Below, piece after piece: positions 34,481 through 46,292 of a stretch of 64,000 nt of DNA. Origin of the DNA: Diplonema japonicum (taxonomy: Eukaryota > Protista > Euglenozoa: Diplonemea); NCBI GenBank assembly GCA_964019335.1, contig OZ025720.1:248001-312000 (forward strand). The letters are read 5' to 3'. The stretch's first letter is position 1, and every line of letters starts with the position of its first letter. Both the position numbers and the translations under genes were made by a program. Below the pieces are notes generated by a model. It was not told the DNA's origin and made no database searches. It saw only the letters and a list, made by a program, of their open reading frames with translations.

Positions 34481-35245
34481 ATTCTATGGTGCATTAACTA
34501 GGTAGATCGGCTACATCAAGCATTGCCTCCTGTGCTTTACATCAACACGCAAAACAAAGATTTCTTTTCAACGTCTGTGGGGAAAAAAAAAAAAAAAACA
34601 TCCAGAGGGAACATTTTTCTATGGTGCGTTGACTAGGTAGGTCAGCTACGGCAAGCATTGCCCCCTGTGCTTGCACCAACGGATAAGGTTTCTCTATCAT
34701 TTTGAGATAAGTAATTAGTTGGTTAGTGGGGCCTGCATTTTCTATAATGCGTTGACTAGGTAGGTCAGCTACAAGCAAGCATTGCCCCCTGTGCTTTGCA
34801 TCAACCGGAAAGAAACCGCTCAATATTTGAAATCACATTAGTCCTTTTCTAATTAGATAGCCCGTATTTCTACGGTGCGTTGACTAGGTAGGTCAGCTAC
34901 GGCAAGCATTGCCCCCTGTGCTTGCACCAACTGGAAAGAAAACAGGCAAAAAGAGAATTCTCCGTCATCCCCACTAGCTAGATACTTTGGCTTGCAATCA
35001 CAATAATTGGCCAGCACATTTTTCTATGGTGCGTTGACTAGGTAGGTCAGCTACGGCAAGCATTGCCCCCTGTGCTTGCACCAACGGATAAGGTCCCTCT
35101 ATCATTTGAGATGGAGCCTTGCACCCTAAATTAGAATTCTACACTAACACTCTGGATGCAATAAAACATGGCCTGCATCTTTCTATAATGCGTTGACTAG
35201 GTAGGTCAGCTACAGCAAGCATTGCCCCCTGTGCTTTGCATCAAC
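34481..35245 (-). ncRNA. Tandem array of six single-hairpin AGA-box (H/ACA-like) guide RNA genes
   Basis: Six ~65-nt copies (about 34481, 34616, 34738, 34866, 35020, 35179) with variable spacers. On the minus strand each has a basal stem with compensatory changes, an internal loop 14 nt from an invariant AGA, and an upper stem. Confidence 0.72.
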
Positions 35246-35461
35246 AAAGTCGCTCGGGAAAAAAAAAAAAAAAAGAACAATACAAGTTCCAGAAAAGATA
35301 AAATCAGCTCAAGCAGCACAAACTGAATATAATTATATAAAAAAAGAAAAGACTTTTTTTTAAGAGAACTTGAATGGGTGAAGGAGAAATGAAAGAAAAA
35401 AAAAAAAGAAGAACAAAAAAAAACACGAGAGAAAGAAATCAACAGCGATCCCCAAATACTA

Positions 35462-36244
35462 TCAATAGCAAGGGGCACATGGAGGTGCAGACGGGACACA
35501 GGAAGAAGCCTGAGGGATCTGCGACAGAAGGAAACGTTTAACGGGCTTGGGGAGGTCTGCAGGGAGATCAGAAGGATCGGAGTGGCGAAGGAGGGTGAGC
35601 GACCTTATGCCTGCCTGTGAAAGCTGCTTTGCGTAATCGGTAAGCGACTCAGATTCAAGGAGCCCCCACAAATCGGGCGATAGGTTGTGCTGCACACAAG
35701 GGTTTGGGGGCGCAGTCGCCTCACAAGAAACGAGGGGGCAAACATTTCCTCGAGCCTGGTCTAACACAATGCATTCAAGCCTTACAGTGCCTCCTTCTTG
35801 CAACCCGTACTCGCTTAAGGCTGCCAAGTCTCGAAGTTCCTGTGAGTACCCTTGCATGAAAAACCTTGGCTTCACAATATCACCCTCCATGTTCATGAGG
35901 TCGTCCTTAAGGTCTTTCACCGTCTTGCATGTGTCTCTTCCAAAGTTTACCACAACAATACGCCCTGTTTCTGGTATCTTCATGACAACCTGCGGTCTGG
36001 CAAGCGGTTGGTTTCGGATAAGATGCACCCGGCAGCCATCGGTTAAACCGCTGTCCCTCAGCACCCTTCCGTCTATTAGTGGAGAGCCTTTCCACATCAA
36101 CCTCTGGAGAGGGCTGGGTGGCCCTCCTGCTTTGAAGACTTCAACACGAAGATCTTCTACTAAACTGTCTCTTGAAATGCTTACCGGGTAGGCTGTGCCG
36201 TCAAGGCCCTTGACCTCCATTGCAATTAGAGAGTCGGTGCTCAT
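35462..36244 (-). CDS. Protein with two ubiquitin-like domains and a C-terminal SAM-like domain
   Basis: VKGLDG...V..L...PP..QRLMWKG..L.DG..L.D.GL..G..VHL; second UBL ending LSEYGLQEG; L...L..Y...L...GI SAM-like tail. Confidence 0.85.
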   Translation of the reverse strand: MSTDSLIAMEVKGLDGTAYPVSISRDSLVEDLRVEVFKAGGPPSPLQRLMWKGSPLIDGRVLRDSGLTDGCRVHLIRNQPLARPQVVMKIPETGRIVVVNFGRDTCKTVKDLKDDLMNMEGDIVKPRFFMQGYSQELRDLAALSEYGLQEGGTVRLECIVLDQARGNVCPLVSCEATAPPNPCVQHNLSPDLWGLLESESLTDYAKQLSQAGIRSLTLLRHSDPSDLPADLPKPVKRFLLSQIPQASSCVPSAPPCAPCY

Positions 36245-36787
36245 TTGCGGCACGTGTAGGGTTTTCTTTTTTCTTTTTAACTTTTTTTTTTTTTGTTTGA
36301 AGGTGAATGCAAGACAACCGCAGGGGGAAAAATTAAAAAAAAAACAAAACAAAAAAAAAAACAGAACAGGAAAAAGAAGAGAGATAAATAAAAAAGAAAG
36401 GGGAAAGAGAGAAAAAAAGAGTGCGGGGGGGGGGGGGGGGGGGGGGGACATAAGCAAAATCAGGCAAGTCCTCCTTGCACCCCCCCCCCCCTCCCCCCTT
36501 TCTTTCTTTCTTTTCTTTTTGTATTTTCTTTTTAGTTCTATATTTGTTGGGAGGGGGGTTTTTTTTTTAAATTTCTTTTCCAATATTGTCTTTGCTATCT
36601 CACATGTAAGAAAGAAAAAAAAAAGAGGCCTAAAAAGCGAGTTTCCACTGCTTTTGGCAATGAGGAAGAGAAGGGAAGAACCGGAAAGAGAGGGGTATAG
36701 GACGGGGCGAGGGGGTATATCATTGTGCTTAATCAGTACTGTGCGGAAGAAGAAGGGAGGGGATGGATAACAAGAGGGAGAAAGAAA

Positions 36788-36945
36788 GGTGTCTTTGAGG
36801 GAACCTGCAGTATGTGACAGGATCGCCTAACGACAATCAACTCATCTAGTGTTTGATCCCTTCTATCGTGGTAGTGCCTTAGGCCTGTCGTGGTAGTGCC
36901 TTAGGCCCGTTGAAGTATCTGTTCAGCAGCTTGGGCGTGAAACCA
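36788..36945 (+). repeat. Dispersed repeat with GCAGTATG-loop hairpin (copy E, longest of its subfamily)
   Basis: Near-identical to 2619-2722 and 58471-58510; contains a 22-bp internal tandem duplication (TCGTGGTAGTGCCTTAGGCC). Confidence 0.85.
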
Positions 36946-37497
36946 ACTAGTGAGTTTGTTAAAGAGAGAAAAAAAAAAGGAAGGAAAAAAAAAAAAAAAA
37001 AAAACGAGAAACGGCAGCACCAAAGCTACAAATTTGCATGAAACAGAGGGAGGGAGAGAAACGGAAAAAAAAGAAGAAAAATGGGGGGGGGGGGGCTTTG
37101 AACTTATGCTGGCCTGGCAAAAAAAAAAGGGTTAAAACTGTGAGGTTAGGCACGTTAGTAATATTTTTAGACCCAACAACCCTTCCCTTCCTCTGTTACT
37201 CCGCTGCTTATTGTGACCTCATATCCATGATAGTTTCCCTTCTCACCCCCTTCCCCCAGCCCTGACGCTTACAGAGCACTCTTATTTGAGAAACAAAAAA
37301 AAAAAAACACCACAAAAATATAATTCTTTTTTACATTGCCCTCCTTTTTTTATTCTCAAAAAAAAATCTATTGTCCCCCCCCCCCCCCCCCAACCTTTCG
37401 TGGCACAACAAAACACACACATACACTTTTATATATTTTATTCTATTCTTCGATTTTTTTTCCCCCCCCTTCCCTCAAATTCTATTTTTTTTCTCTT

Positions 37498-37533
<36 letters not shown>

Positions 37534-37548
37534 CTCCCCCCTGTTCCC

Positions 37549-39099
37549 TTAATCGTCATCTCGTTCTTCAAGCAATTGTTTCAGGGTTTTCGGGCCCTTG
37601 CAAGAGAACCAACACATGCTGATCCCTGCGAACCCGAGCAAACCGTACTGGAGGTATTCCATCACATAAGAAAGGTACTTCATCTTTGACACGTACGACG
37701 CATAAAGAGTGTCGACAACTGTGTTGGCGGCGTACTGCCTGAAAGACATGGCACAAAAGGAGACAGACGCAACAGACGCCAAAAGGATGAGGATAACGTT
37801 GAAGATGAAGGAGGAGAGAAGCGTCCCGCCCGGCTTCATAGGGTGGATCGTGAACACGAGAAAGTTCATGCCCACATGCAGGCATCCGTTTACAGTTGCC
37901 CACAACAGGTAAAAGCTGAAAGACATATATGTTATCACACCTAGCAGGGCGAAAGCGTCATCCAACGCAATAAACAAATTGTTCATAACCGGGTGCGCAT
38001 CGATCGTGTTGTTCACAATTATGTGGACGACCCACATTACGCTCCACGCCCCGCATATCATCGCCAGTAACAGCCTTCCGTATATGATGAACGGAGAGGT
38101 CATTTTGGAAAATTCCGATTTTTTGTTGTATGCTTGGTTTCTTCTGTGTTCCTTCTCAAGCTTGTCGACGGCGACCTGGAAAGCGGTTACTTTTTTCTGT
38201 TGCGATTTGTTTGTTTTCAGTTTATCCGTCAGCTTGTCCGCCACCATCATAAGTTCTCTTGTTTCCCTTTTGATACGCTCCCGTTCAGCTGCGAAATCTT
38301 CACGTGTCATACTAACCAACCTGTTCTCAACAAAACTAAACGCCATGTCCATTGGAAGCGAGGCTAATCCAACACCTCCGAAAACAACGAATAGAACCCA
38401 GCCGATACAGGTCAGGATCGCAACAGTTGCCACGAACAGGGAAACCTGTACATGGAAGTCCCCTGTTGTTCGATCACAAGCCTGCGCAAAAGCGAGAGGA
38501 TCAACATCCGGACAAGATGTAGTATTCGCATTCCGTGGGCAAGGCTGCATAACCTCAGACCTTCCATTGCACCGTAACGCGGTGTACGGAAGGATGGCTT
38601 CATTTATACCAGCAGCGTAATAACATATCAACAGGAGACCTGCGAATATTATGACGGTGAAGGATGTCCAGCAAATTGCCGACGAAATCTGCCGTCCTAT
38701 AATTCTGAAAACATTGTCATCGGTGTCCGTGTACTCTCTTGTGATGGTTGACCCTTCCGCGTCGGGGTCCCACGCTTCGTAGTAGAATAGCGCGAAGGGG
38801 AGGATAACTATCGTCATTCCTAGTACCGCCCATAACGTCATTTGCCATAGAAGTTCGAGGTCTAGATCGCCGCCGGTGTCTTGTCGAATTGTGGGGTCCT
38901 TCTTGTTAGCGACGTCGAAGGGGAGGAGGAGTGATACGAAGGCAGCCCCGCTGAGGCCCAGAACGATGACGAATTTCGGGAAGTACCCGCCGCCTTGATA
39001 TTTCTCCTCAGGGTCCATGTAAACTTTCAGAATCCGGACGTTCACCAGAATCGTGATGAACACCACCACCACCGCCACAATGATGAGAAACCAATTCAT
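37549..39099 (-). CDS. LMBR1/LIMR-family membrane protein
   Basis: LLPFDVAN, ILPFALFYYE, VFGGVGLASLP, HPMKPGGTLLSSFIFN; about nine TM segments. Confidence 0.92.
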   Translation of the reverse strand: MNWFLIIVAVVVVFITILVNVRILKVYMDPEEKYQGGGYFPKFVIVLGLSGAAFVSLLLPFDVANKKDPTIRQDTGGDLDLELLWQMTLWAVLGMTIVILPFALFYYEAWDPDAEGSTITREYTDTDDNVFRIIGRQISSAICWTSFTVIIFAGLLLICYYAAGINEAILPYTALRCNGRSEVMQPCPRNANTTSCPDVDPLAFAQACDRTTGDFHVQVSLFVATVAILTCIGWVLFVVFGGVGLASLPMDMAFSFVENRLVSMTREDFAAERERIKRETRELMMVADKLTDKLKTNKSQQKKVTAFQVAVDKLEKEHRRNQAYNKKSEFSKMTSPFIIYGRLLLAMICGAWSVMWVVHIIVNNTIDAHPVMNNLFIALDDAFALLGVITYMSFSFYLLWATVNGCLHVGMNFLVFTIHPMKPGGTLLSSFIFNVILILLASVASVSFCAMSFRQYAANTVVDTLYASYVSKMKYLSYVMEYLQYGLLGFAGISMCWFSCKGPKTLKQLLEERDDD

Positions 39100-39306
39100 T
39101 GAGGAGGGGGGAGGGGGGGTTTTTTTTTTAAAGTGCTGTTTGAAGGGGGGGTTTTTTTTTTTAAATTTGGAAAAAAAAATGTAAAAAAAAAAAGTGGGGG
39201 GGTATGAAAGTACAATATCCCGATTATCATTGGGCGTTTTTTTTTGGGGGGGGGAAGAAAAATCAAGAACCGTATTCTAAGTCAAACAAAAAAAAAAAAA
39301 AGATAT

Positions 39307-39603
39307 GAGCGCTTTGTCAGGGGGGAGGGGGATGGAAGGTCAAACAAAAAAAAGTGTATAAAACAAGTTTTTTTTTTTTTTTTTTCCATTTTCCCAACTC
39401 CCCACATAGTGAGATGTTGCAAACATGAAAATCCTACGTAAACCCCGACTGTGGACACCTTTTAAAGGACCTTTTGAGGGATAAAAAAAGGGGGTGCTCC
39501 AGCACCAGTTTGTGCACGTGCAGACAATCTCTCTCTAAGGCATGAGCACAAGGTGAATGAAACCCCAATAAAAGAAAAAATTGAACATACTCTGAAAAGG
39601 CTC
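39307..39603. mobile_element. Short Sola-like MITE
   Basis: Imperfect TIR GAGC(G)CTTT(G)TCAG with ATAT on both flanks, the same terminus and TSD as 10105-11135. Confidence 0.45.
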
Positions 39604-40021
39604 ATATCATTTCTGTGTGTTTTGTCCTTGCTTCTCTTCTTTTATTTTTATTTTATTTTTTTTTTTTTTTTACTATTTGTTGTGGGGAAGGTGTCATAAA
39701 CTATCTTACCGGAAGAGATCGGGCCTGAAAAATCTTTTTTTTTTCCCCCCGGAATTGGAGGCATCTGAATAAGAATCATCCTAAAGATGTTGAAAAGAAA
39801 AAAGAAGAAGAAAAAAAAAAGAATAAGGTAAGTTATTCTTTTTCTTCTTTTTTTTTTTGTAAGCAATGTTTAGATTATTTGTAATGCATAACACTGCCAA
39901 CATCCCTTTTGTGACTACAAAAACAAAAAAAAGAAAAGAAAAAAAAAACCAGCAAATCAAAAATCTTCGAGACAGAAAGTTTACGACATCCTCCTCTGAT
40001 AACCTCCATTTTCTTTATACT

Positions 40022-40064
<43 letters not shown>

Positions 40065-40339
40065 GCACAAAAAAAGAAGGGGGGGAAAAAATGGAGAGAT
40101 AGTAGAACGGAAGAGGAGAGGGAGGGAGGGAAGGAAAGGGGGGTGGGGCATAAGACTGAGAACCAAAAAGAGAGAAAAAAAAAAAAGAGAAGAGAAAAAA
40201 AAAAGAAAAACAGAGGGTGGACCTAATCCCGTTGGTTGCCCTGCAATTCTAATTAGTCTTCTAGTGTTCTCATTGGCTTTGTTTCTCCCTACCCCCCTCT
40301 TCCCCCCTCCACTCCATATCTCGTAAAGGGGAACGAAAG

Positions 40340-40394
<55 letters not shown>

Positions 40395-40409
40395 TGTAGA
40401 AATAGATAT

Positions 40410-40609
40410 NNNNNNNNNNNNNNNNNNNNNNNNNNNNNNNNNNNNNNNNNNNNNNNNNNNNNNNNNNNNNNNNNNNNNNNNNNNNNNNNNNNNNNNNNNN
40501 NNNNNNNNNNNNNNNNNNNNNNNNNNNNNNNNNNNNNNNNNNNNNNNNNNNNNNNNNNNNNNNNNNNNNNNNNNNNNNNNNNNNNNNNNNNNNNNNNNNN
40601 NNNNNNNNN
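40410..40609. other. Assembly gap (N run)
   Basis: About 200 consecutive N. Confidence 0.99.
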
Positions 40610-40903
40610 TTTTTTTATTTGTAAATTTTATGTTCCGTATTAATGATGTTCCGAGAATATTATGTGCTTTTTTTTTCTCGAATTTCTTTTTGCCCGATTT
40701 GGAACTTTTTACATGACATGATAAGTACAAATCCGGTAAAAAAAAAAACAAAAAAAAACAAAAAAAAAACAAGACAAAATGCTTGCTTGAAATTTTTATT
40801 TCTTTTTTTTTTTTTTTTTTTTTTTTTTTTATTAATTTGTTCTTTAAAACCTCTCACAATATAGCCCCTCTTATCTAATGAATCTGCCATGTTAAAAGAG
40901 GGG

Positions 40904-40937
<34 letters not shown>

Positions 40938-41011
40938 AACGAAAAGGCAATTCAAAGAGGTACTATTCATGTAGACGACCATCAGGAAAGGGTATGCAAA
41001 GAAGCACCCAA

Positions 41012-41045
<34 letters not shown>

Positions 41046-41439
41046 TCTAGTGCAAAAGACCCCAAATGGTCCTTCACCTTCTTTAACCGGAATTTCACGA
41101 GCACTACTACGTGAACGCATTCTTGAAATGCCGTCTCTTCAGGCAGGAGGTACTCTTCAACGGCCCCTACTAGGGTTGGAGCGTTGCACTAAAATAAAAA
41201 AAAAAGAAGGAAAAGACCCCCTCCCTCCCCCCCTTCGGACACTACCAGGAAAAAAAAAAAGAAGAAAAAATATAAGAGATAAAGGGGGCCAGTGTTGGTG
41301 GCGCCTTAATAAAAAGAAATACAAGTATCACGTAAACAGCCTGTAATCGATATATCGTAAGCAGAGGGGGTTTTTGTTTTTTTTTTTTCTTTTTAAAAGT
41401 TACCATCTCACATTTGGTAGTCACGCAGCTAGGAAAAAA

Positions 41440-41491
<52 letters not shown>

Positions 41492-41700
41492 ATACCGATC
41501 TCATCATGGCTGTGCTGGGCAAGTCCGGCTCCTGCTGCGATTTCAGGGAGAAAAAGAAAAAAAAAAGAAAAAAAAAAAAAAAAGCAACAAATAAACAAAC
41601 AGCTTTTCTTTTGAGACTTCAGAACAAATTCTCTTTTCTCATTCCTCTCCCCCCTTTATTATTTTTTTCTTCTTCTTCTTCTTCTTCTTCTTCTTCTTCA

Positions 41701-41805
41701 CTAGTTGCTCTCACGAGGCAACACCCTTCGTGAAGGCGCTTGCCTTGTCTTGGTCACATGGGGCCTTTTTAAACCACTGTCACGTCGGCTTCTGTGGCAA
41801 TAGTG

Positions 41806-41841
<36 letters not shown>

Positions 41842-41945
41842 AAAAAAAAAAAAAAAAACATACAAAGTTTCGCTTGAGTGATCTAGGTCGGCGGAATTCC
41901 GCACACTGCGCTCCTTCTTGATAACATCTCCAGTGAAATGAACCA

Positions 41946-41978
<33 letters not shown>

Positions 41979-44220
41979 CTTTTTTTTTTTTTTTTCCCTC
42001 ACTTTCTCCCCCTCCCTCCATCCCCCATTTACACACACCTCTGAAGATCTGTAGTACTGATACTTCACCTTCGCGATCTGATCGGAAAGAACAGTCAACG
42101 ACGTCGGCATCCGACAGCTGCACACGACAAGCTGGCGGAGCAGCGCCGGGGGGACGATATCTCTGTTGAGGTCCGGACGGTAGTCATCTGGGAAGCTGAG
42201 ACGGCCGGGCACGGAGGGCTGTTTTTTTTTTTTTTTTGCTTTTTTTTCTCCCCCCCTTTTTTCCCCCCTCAAAAATCCATACTGGAGGGAAGACTTTGGT
42301 AACAAAGACCAAGACCGACTGGTCGGTAGGAGTCCTGAAGATCATCGACACCCTGTTCGAGAAAAGCTCTGCAGCTACGTATGACAGTGCGACCAGTACA
42401 TCCTTCTCATGTTCGTCACTCGTCACCGCGGGCTGTCTAAAACCCTTGTTCACAACCTGAAGGAAGTGGCACCTGTTGACGGCCTCCTCGAGTTCCTTTT
42501 CAAAGACCTTCCCCCGGGCGTACCGCCCCCCTGCTGCGCGTAACCCCACGGACAGATCCCGTTCTTCGTTGAGCGGGAAGTAATGTTTCACAGGAACAGA
42601 TTTGTCATGTGTCAATTTAACGTCGACATCCGCCTCGGCCAACACAGCACTTTGCATCTCAGGTACCATAAAGTACCGGTTTGCTTGGGAACCCTTTGAC
42701 ACCCTGTATTTCACGGTTTGCTGCGAGACAAGGGACAGAAGCACGGTGCAGGCGGCGTTGGTCACCTCGTGTCGGGGGATCTTACCGGTTTCGAATGCCT
42801 TTGCTTTCTTTTCCTGCAGGTCTTTGATCTGCGAAAAGATCTCCTTCCCACCTGGTATTGTCATGACCACCCCACAGTACACCCCCGACTGTGTTGTGTA
42901 TCGTTTCGACACCCCTGTAGGAGGAGGTGTCCCGGCATCGTCCAATAGTACAGAACCCTCCCGTTCATGATTGCTCACATCACCTCCTAGATCCACACTG
43001 TGGTGGTTTGGTTTTCTAAGTGGAGGCGATGATGCGGGTATTGTTGAAGAGAATGCGGTGAATCCGCCTAGATCAGGCGACACGTCACGGGGGTCAATTT
43101 TTGTACCCGTTTTAATCTTCTTCAAAGGGGTGGCGGGGGGCGCCAGGGTGAGGTTCTCCACGGAGCCGTTTTCTTCACGCGAAGGAAGCTTCACCACATT
43201 GCCCTCCTCCGAAGCCTCATACAGCACAATGGGAACGCTCAGCATGGCGGGCGTTAAATTCGTGAACTCCGGTAAAAACGGCATCCGATCCTTCAACAGC
43301 GACCATGAGAATACGAACGGGAACACCACCATGCCACCGCACAACAGCATCGGCCACAATGGTACACCGAATTTCAGTTGGATACCAACAATGGCAGCGG
43401 AGACGGTTACTATTTGCCGGGTGTATTTTCTCCATTGCATGAAAAGGAGGATGACAGTCTGCCCAATCGACACTGTTAAAAAACTCTCAATTTTCGCTTG
43501 GTTTCGAGTGGATTTTGCGTGCTCGCGAAGGGCCACCAAACGGCCAACTAAGCTGTTCCTCCCAATCTCCGACTTGGCGTAGCTGTGTTTTGAACTTTTT
43601 TTAACAGTTTTCGACACAAGCGTCCGCAGCCCTGCCAGCGCAACTGCACAGGGCACCGCCATATCAAGAACATCAAAGCTGCAGTTCATCAACAGAAAAC
43701 ACAAACTGAACGCGGACATGCTATTCAATACGTTGACCCATGAAAATATCGACACGATAGCAATCAAGAGCGACAGGAGGTCGAGGGCTAATGCGGGGGA
43801 TGTCAGCATAGGTACTGCTTCGGGGCCGGGACTTCTCCTTCGTTCGGAAATTTTGAGATCGACTTCCACTTCGCCCACGGCCTTCCCTGTTTCCTTCGAT
43901 AGCAGCTCCAGTTTTTTTAACCATTCATCTTCGTCATCTTTTAGTTGCAGCGATGTTGTTTGGCCTATGCATTCTGGTCTGTCTTTCTTTTTTGCTCTGA
44001 ATACTTGGATCCTGAGTTTGGTACTGCCAATGTCTTGAAATACCGGGAGTACGAAGCCTAAGCCGTCCCTCCACATGCACCCTTTTTCCCCCCGTTCCCC
44101 CGGGACGCTTCTTTTGGAAGCGACGCCGCTGCACTGTGCCTTGTAGTATACATCGCCTTCTCCGATGGTGGTTTTGAAGATCGCCTCGTTTACACGGATC
44201 TTTATGTGTTTTTCTTTCAT
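41701..44220 (-). CDS. C2-domain membrane protein; 4 exons (44220-42283, 42218-42039, 41946-41864, 41791-41701)
   Basis: N-terminal C2-like strands (IKIRVNEA...LRIQVF...CIGQ...GEVEVDL) and hydrophobic segments; three GT-AG introns keep the frame to TAG at 41701. Confidence 0.78.
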
Positions 44221-44697
44221 TTTTTTTTTTTTTTTTTTTGCTTTCCGGGGGTGCCCCGCCCCGTCTCCTTCGTGTGATTATGTAAATTCAGGAGGAAAAA
44301 AAAAAAGAGAAAAGAAAAGTGACGAAGGGGGGAGGGGGGAAGAAAAATAAAAAAGTCGGCTAGATCTCTTTTATTATCCGAAAGGAAGGAATTCTTTTTT
44401 TTTGGGGGGGGAAACCAAAAGCTATTTTTTTCTCCTTTCTTTTCTTTTTTTTCCCTTTTTTTTTTTTTTTTTGCTTCCGAAAAAAAAAAAAAAACAAATA
44501 AAAAAAAACAAATAAAAAAAAACGCGAGAAAAAGAATGGGGAAGAAGGAAAAAAAAAAAAAAAAAAAAAAAAAACCGAATAAAAGCAAAATAATAAAAGA
44601 TCATTTTCCTCAGAAAAAATCTCTGTTTTCCTTTCTAAAAGAAGGGGGGGGGGGGTAAGAATTCGTTTATATTATTATCACAGAAAAAGAGATACAC

Positions 44698-45012
44698 TCA
44701 CTGCCCGCCATCTCGGACGGCAAGCCAGAGGGATCTAGCCTGCCTGAGCACACCGTGCTCTTCAGTAGTAGCTTGGTACGTACCGCAAGTAAGCCCAATT
44801 ATAGGCCAGATGCCACCAGCCGCTGCAGCAACACCCATCCCGATGCCCCAATATGTGGGCTCATCGGCGATTGCATACAGCACCTTATCGCAGGCAGGAG
44901 GGTTGCTGGGGCGGACAGGCAAGGAGTTAGAAGATGCATAAGCGTAAACAGTCCCCATACTGAACCCGCCTGCAAGGCCAGACACCATTCTGAGAGCAAA
45001 AAACTTCGACAT
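44698..45012 (-). CDS. Small hypothetical membrane protein (104 aa)
   Basis: A-run before ATG; Gly/Ala-rich hydrophobic segments. Confidence 0.65.
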   Translation of the reverse strand: MSKFFALRMVSGLAGGFSMGTVYAYASSNSLPVRPSNPPACDKVLYAIADEPTYWGIGMGVAAAAGGIWPIIGLTCGTYQATTEEHGVLRQARSLWLAVRDGGQ

Positions 45013-45071
45013 GTTTTTTTCTTCTTTTTTTTTACCCCTTTTTTTCTTTTTTTTTTTTTTTTAGAGGGAAT

Positions 45072-45104
<33 letters not shown>

Positions 45105-45497
45105 ATCCCCAGTTGTAAAACCGAGCTAGCCCACATGAGAAACGAAAGAATAATGGGGAAGGATTATAAAAAAAGTTTTTATTTTTACGCTCCATATTCG
45201 CTAAGTGACCCGCCCTATGTCCCAAAGGGGTTATAGGGGGCTATAGGGGAAAAAATGTCAAAAATGCCCAAAGGTTCATTGAATTTCTTTTTTCAAAAAA
45301 TCCATATGTCGAACATGAAAGAACGGTGAGTTGAGGGCCAACCAAAATGACCTTGGAAGTCGCCATTTTGGGTTTTGGCCATTTTTGCCAAACTTTTGCA
45401 ACTGGGCACTTTTTCCTTTGAAAAACATGGTTAACAGGGTTCGATCCCAGAAGCCAGCATCTTCCTGACCAGTAGTTCAGCCGAAAATATTTTCGAA

Positions 45498-45572
45498 GGC
45501 GTAGTAGTCTAGTTGGGGGGGCTTTGCCCTGTACCTAGGCGAAGCGGGTTCACACCCCACTCCAGCTCACCA
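45498..45572 (+). pseudogene. Degenerate tRNA-like sequence
   Basis: A-box-like TAGTCTAGTTGG, anticodon-arm-like GCC CTGTACCTA GGC, T-arm-like GGGTTCACACCCC, ends ACCA; the acceptor stem pairs poorly. Confidence 0.45.
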
Positions 45573-46206
45573 CAGGGGAGAAACGGCAGCCTGAACCTAA
45601 GCTTGTAGGAGTCTAGTTGAGAAAAGTGCAGTTTTGAGGGAAGGACAGCTCTTAACATTGTAAGATTGTTAGTTGTTAGTCAGTAAGCATAACAGTCCTG
45701 TACCGGCTGAGGAAGACGCAGTACAACTTGCTGGAAGTGGTGGCAAAACGAGACCAGCTTCTCCAGGACAAGAGAATGCTAGAAACGTACACGACGCACC
45801 CCTGGAACAGATAACGGAAGGAAACGCTCATGCACACCACCTGAGTGGTAGGAGCTGAAGAAGCACGTGAGCGGGAGCCTGATGATGAAGCACGGAGAAG
45901 ACATTATCAAGTAGCTCAGGAAGCTGAAGTAGTACGACGGACCGAGGAAGACAAGTCACCACAATGGAACTCGTACTAGACTTCGAGAACAGGGAAAGGG
46001 GTAGATAAGTAGAGATAAGTAGACAAGGACGTTCCAGAACAGGAACTTCCTTTATCTCATCTCTTATTCTGTGTTTATTTCATCACAGTGTTGATGGGCT
46101 GAGGCGTGTCGTGAGTGTGTATCGTGGAGGATATCTGGTGTGGAAAGAAGGGACCTACTCACTATGCAGGATGCCTGAGTAAAGATGGGGGGTCAGAGTT
46201 TTGAAT

Positions 46207-46292
46207 TCCTGTGTGGTAGAGTGGTTACCGTGCTCACCTGTCAGGCCCCCTTGTTCCAGGAGTCGCGGGTTCGAATCCCGACGCAGTCCCCA
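46207..46292 (+). pseudogene. tRNA-Asp(GTC)-like pseudogene with ~13-nt insertion after the anticodon
   Basis: TCC...TGGTAGAGTGGT A-box, CCTGTCA anticodon loop, GGGTTCGAATCCC B-box/T-arm, terminal CCA; acceptor and anticodon stems only partly paired. Confidence 0.6.

Noticed and set aside
34481-35245. CRISPR array
   Set aside because: Repeats are ~65 nt, spacers vary widely in length and are partly homologous to each other, there are no cas genes, the context is eukaryotic, and covariation with an AGA box fits guide RNAs better.
41046-41191. MITE with TAGTGCAA termini
   Set aside because: Only an 8-bp inverted repeat, no TSD and no second copy.
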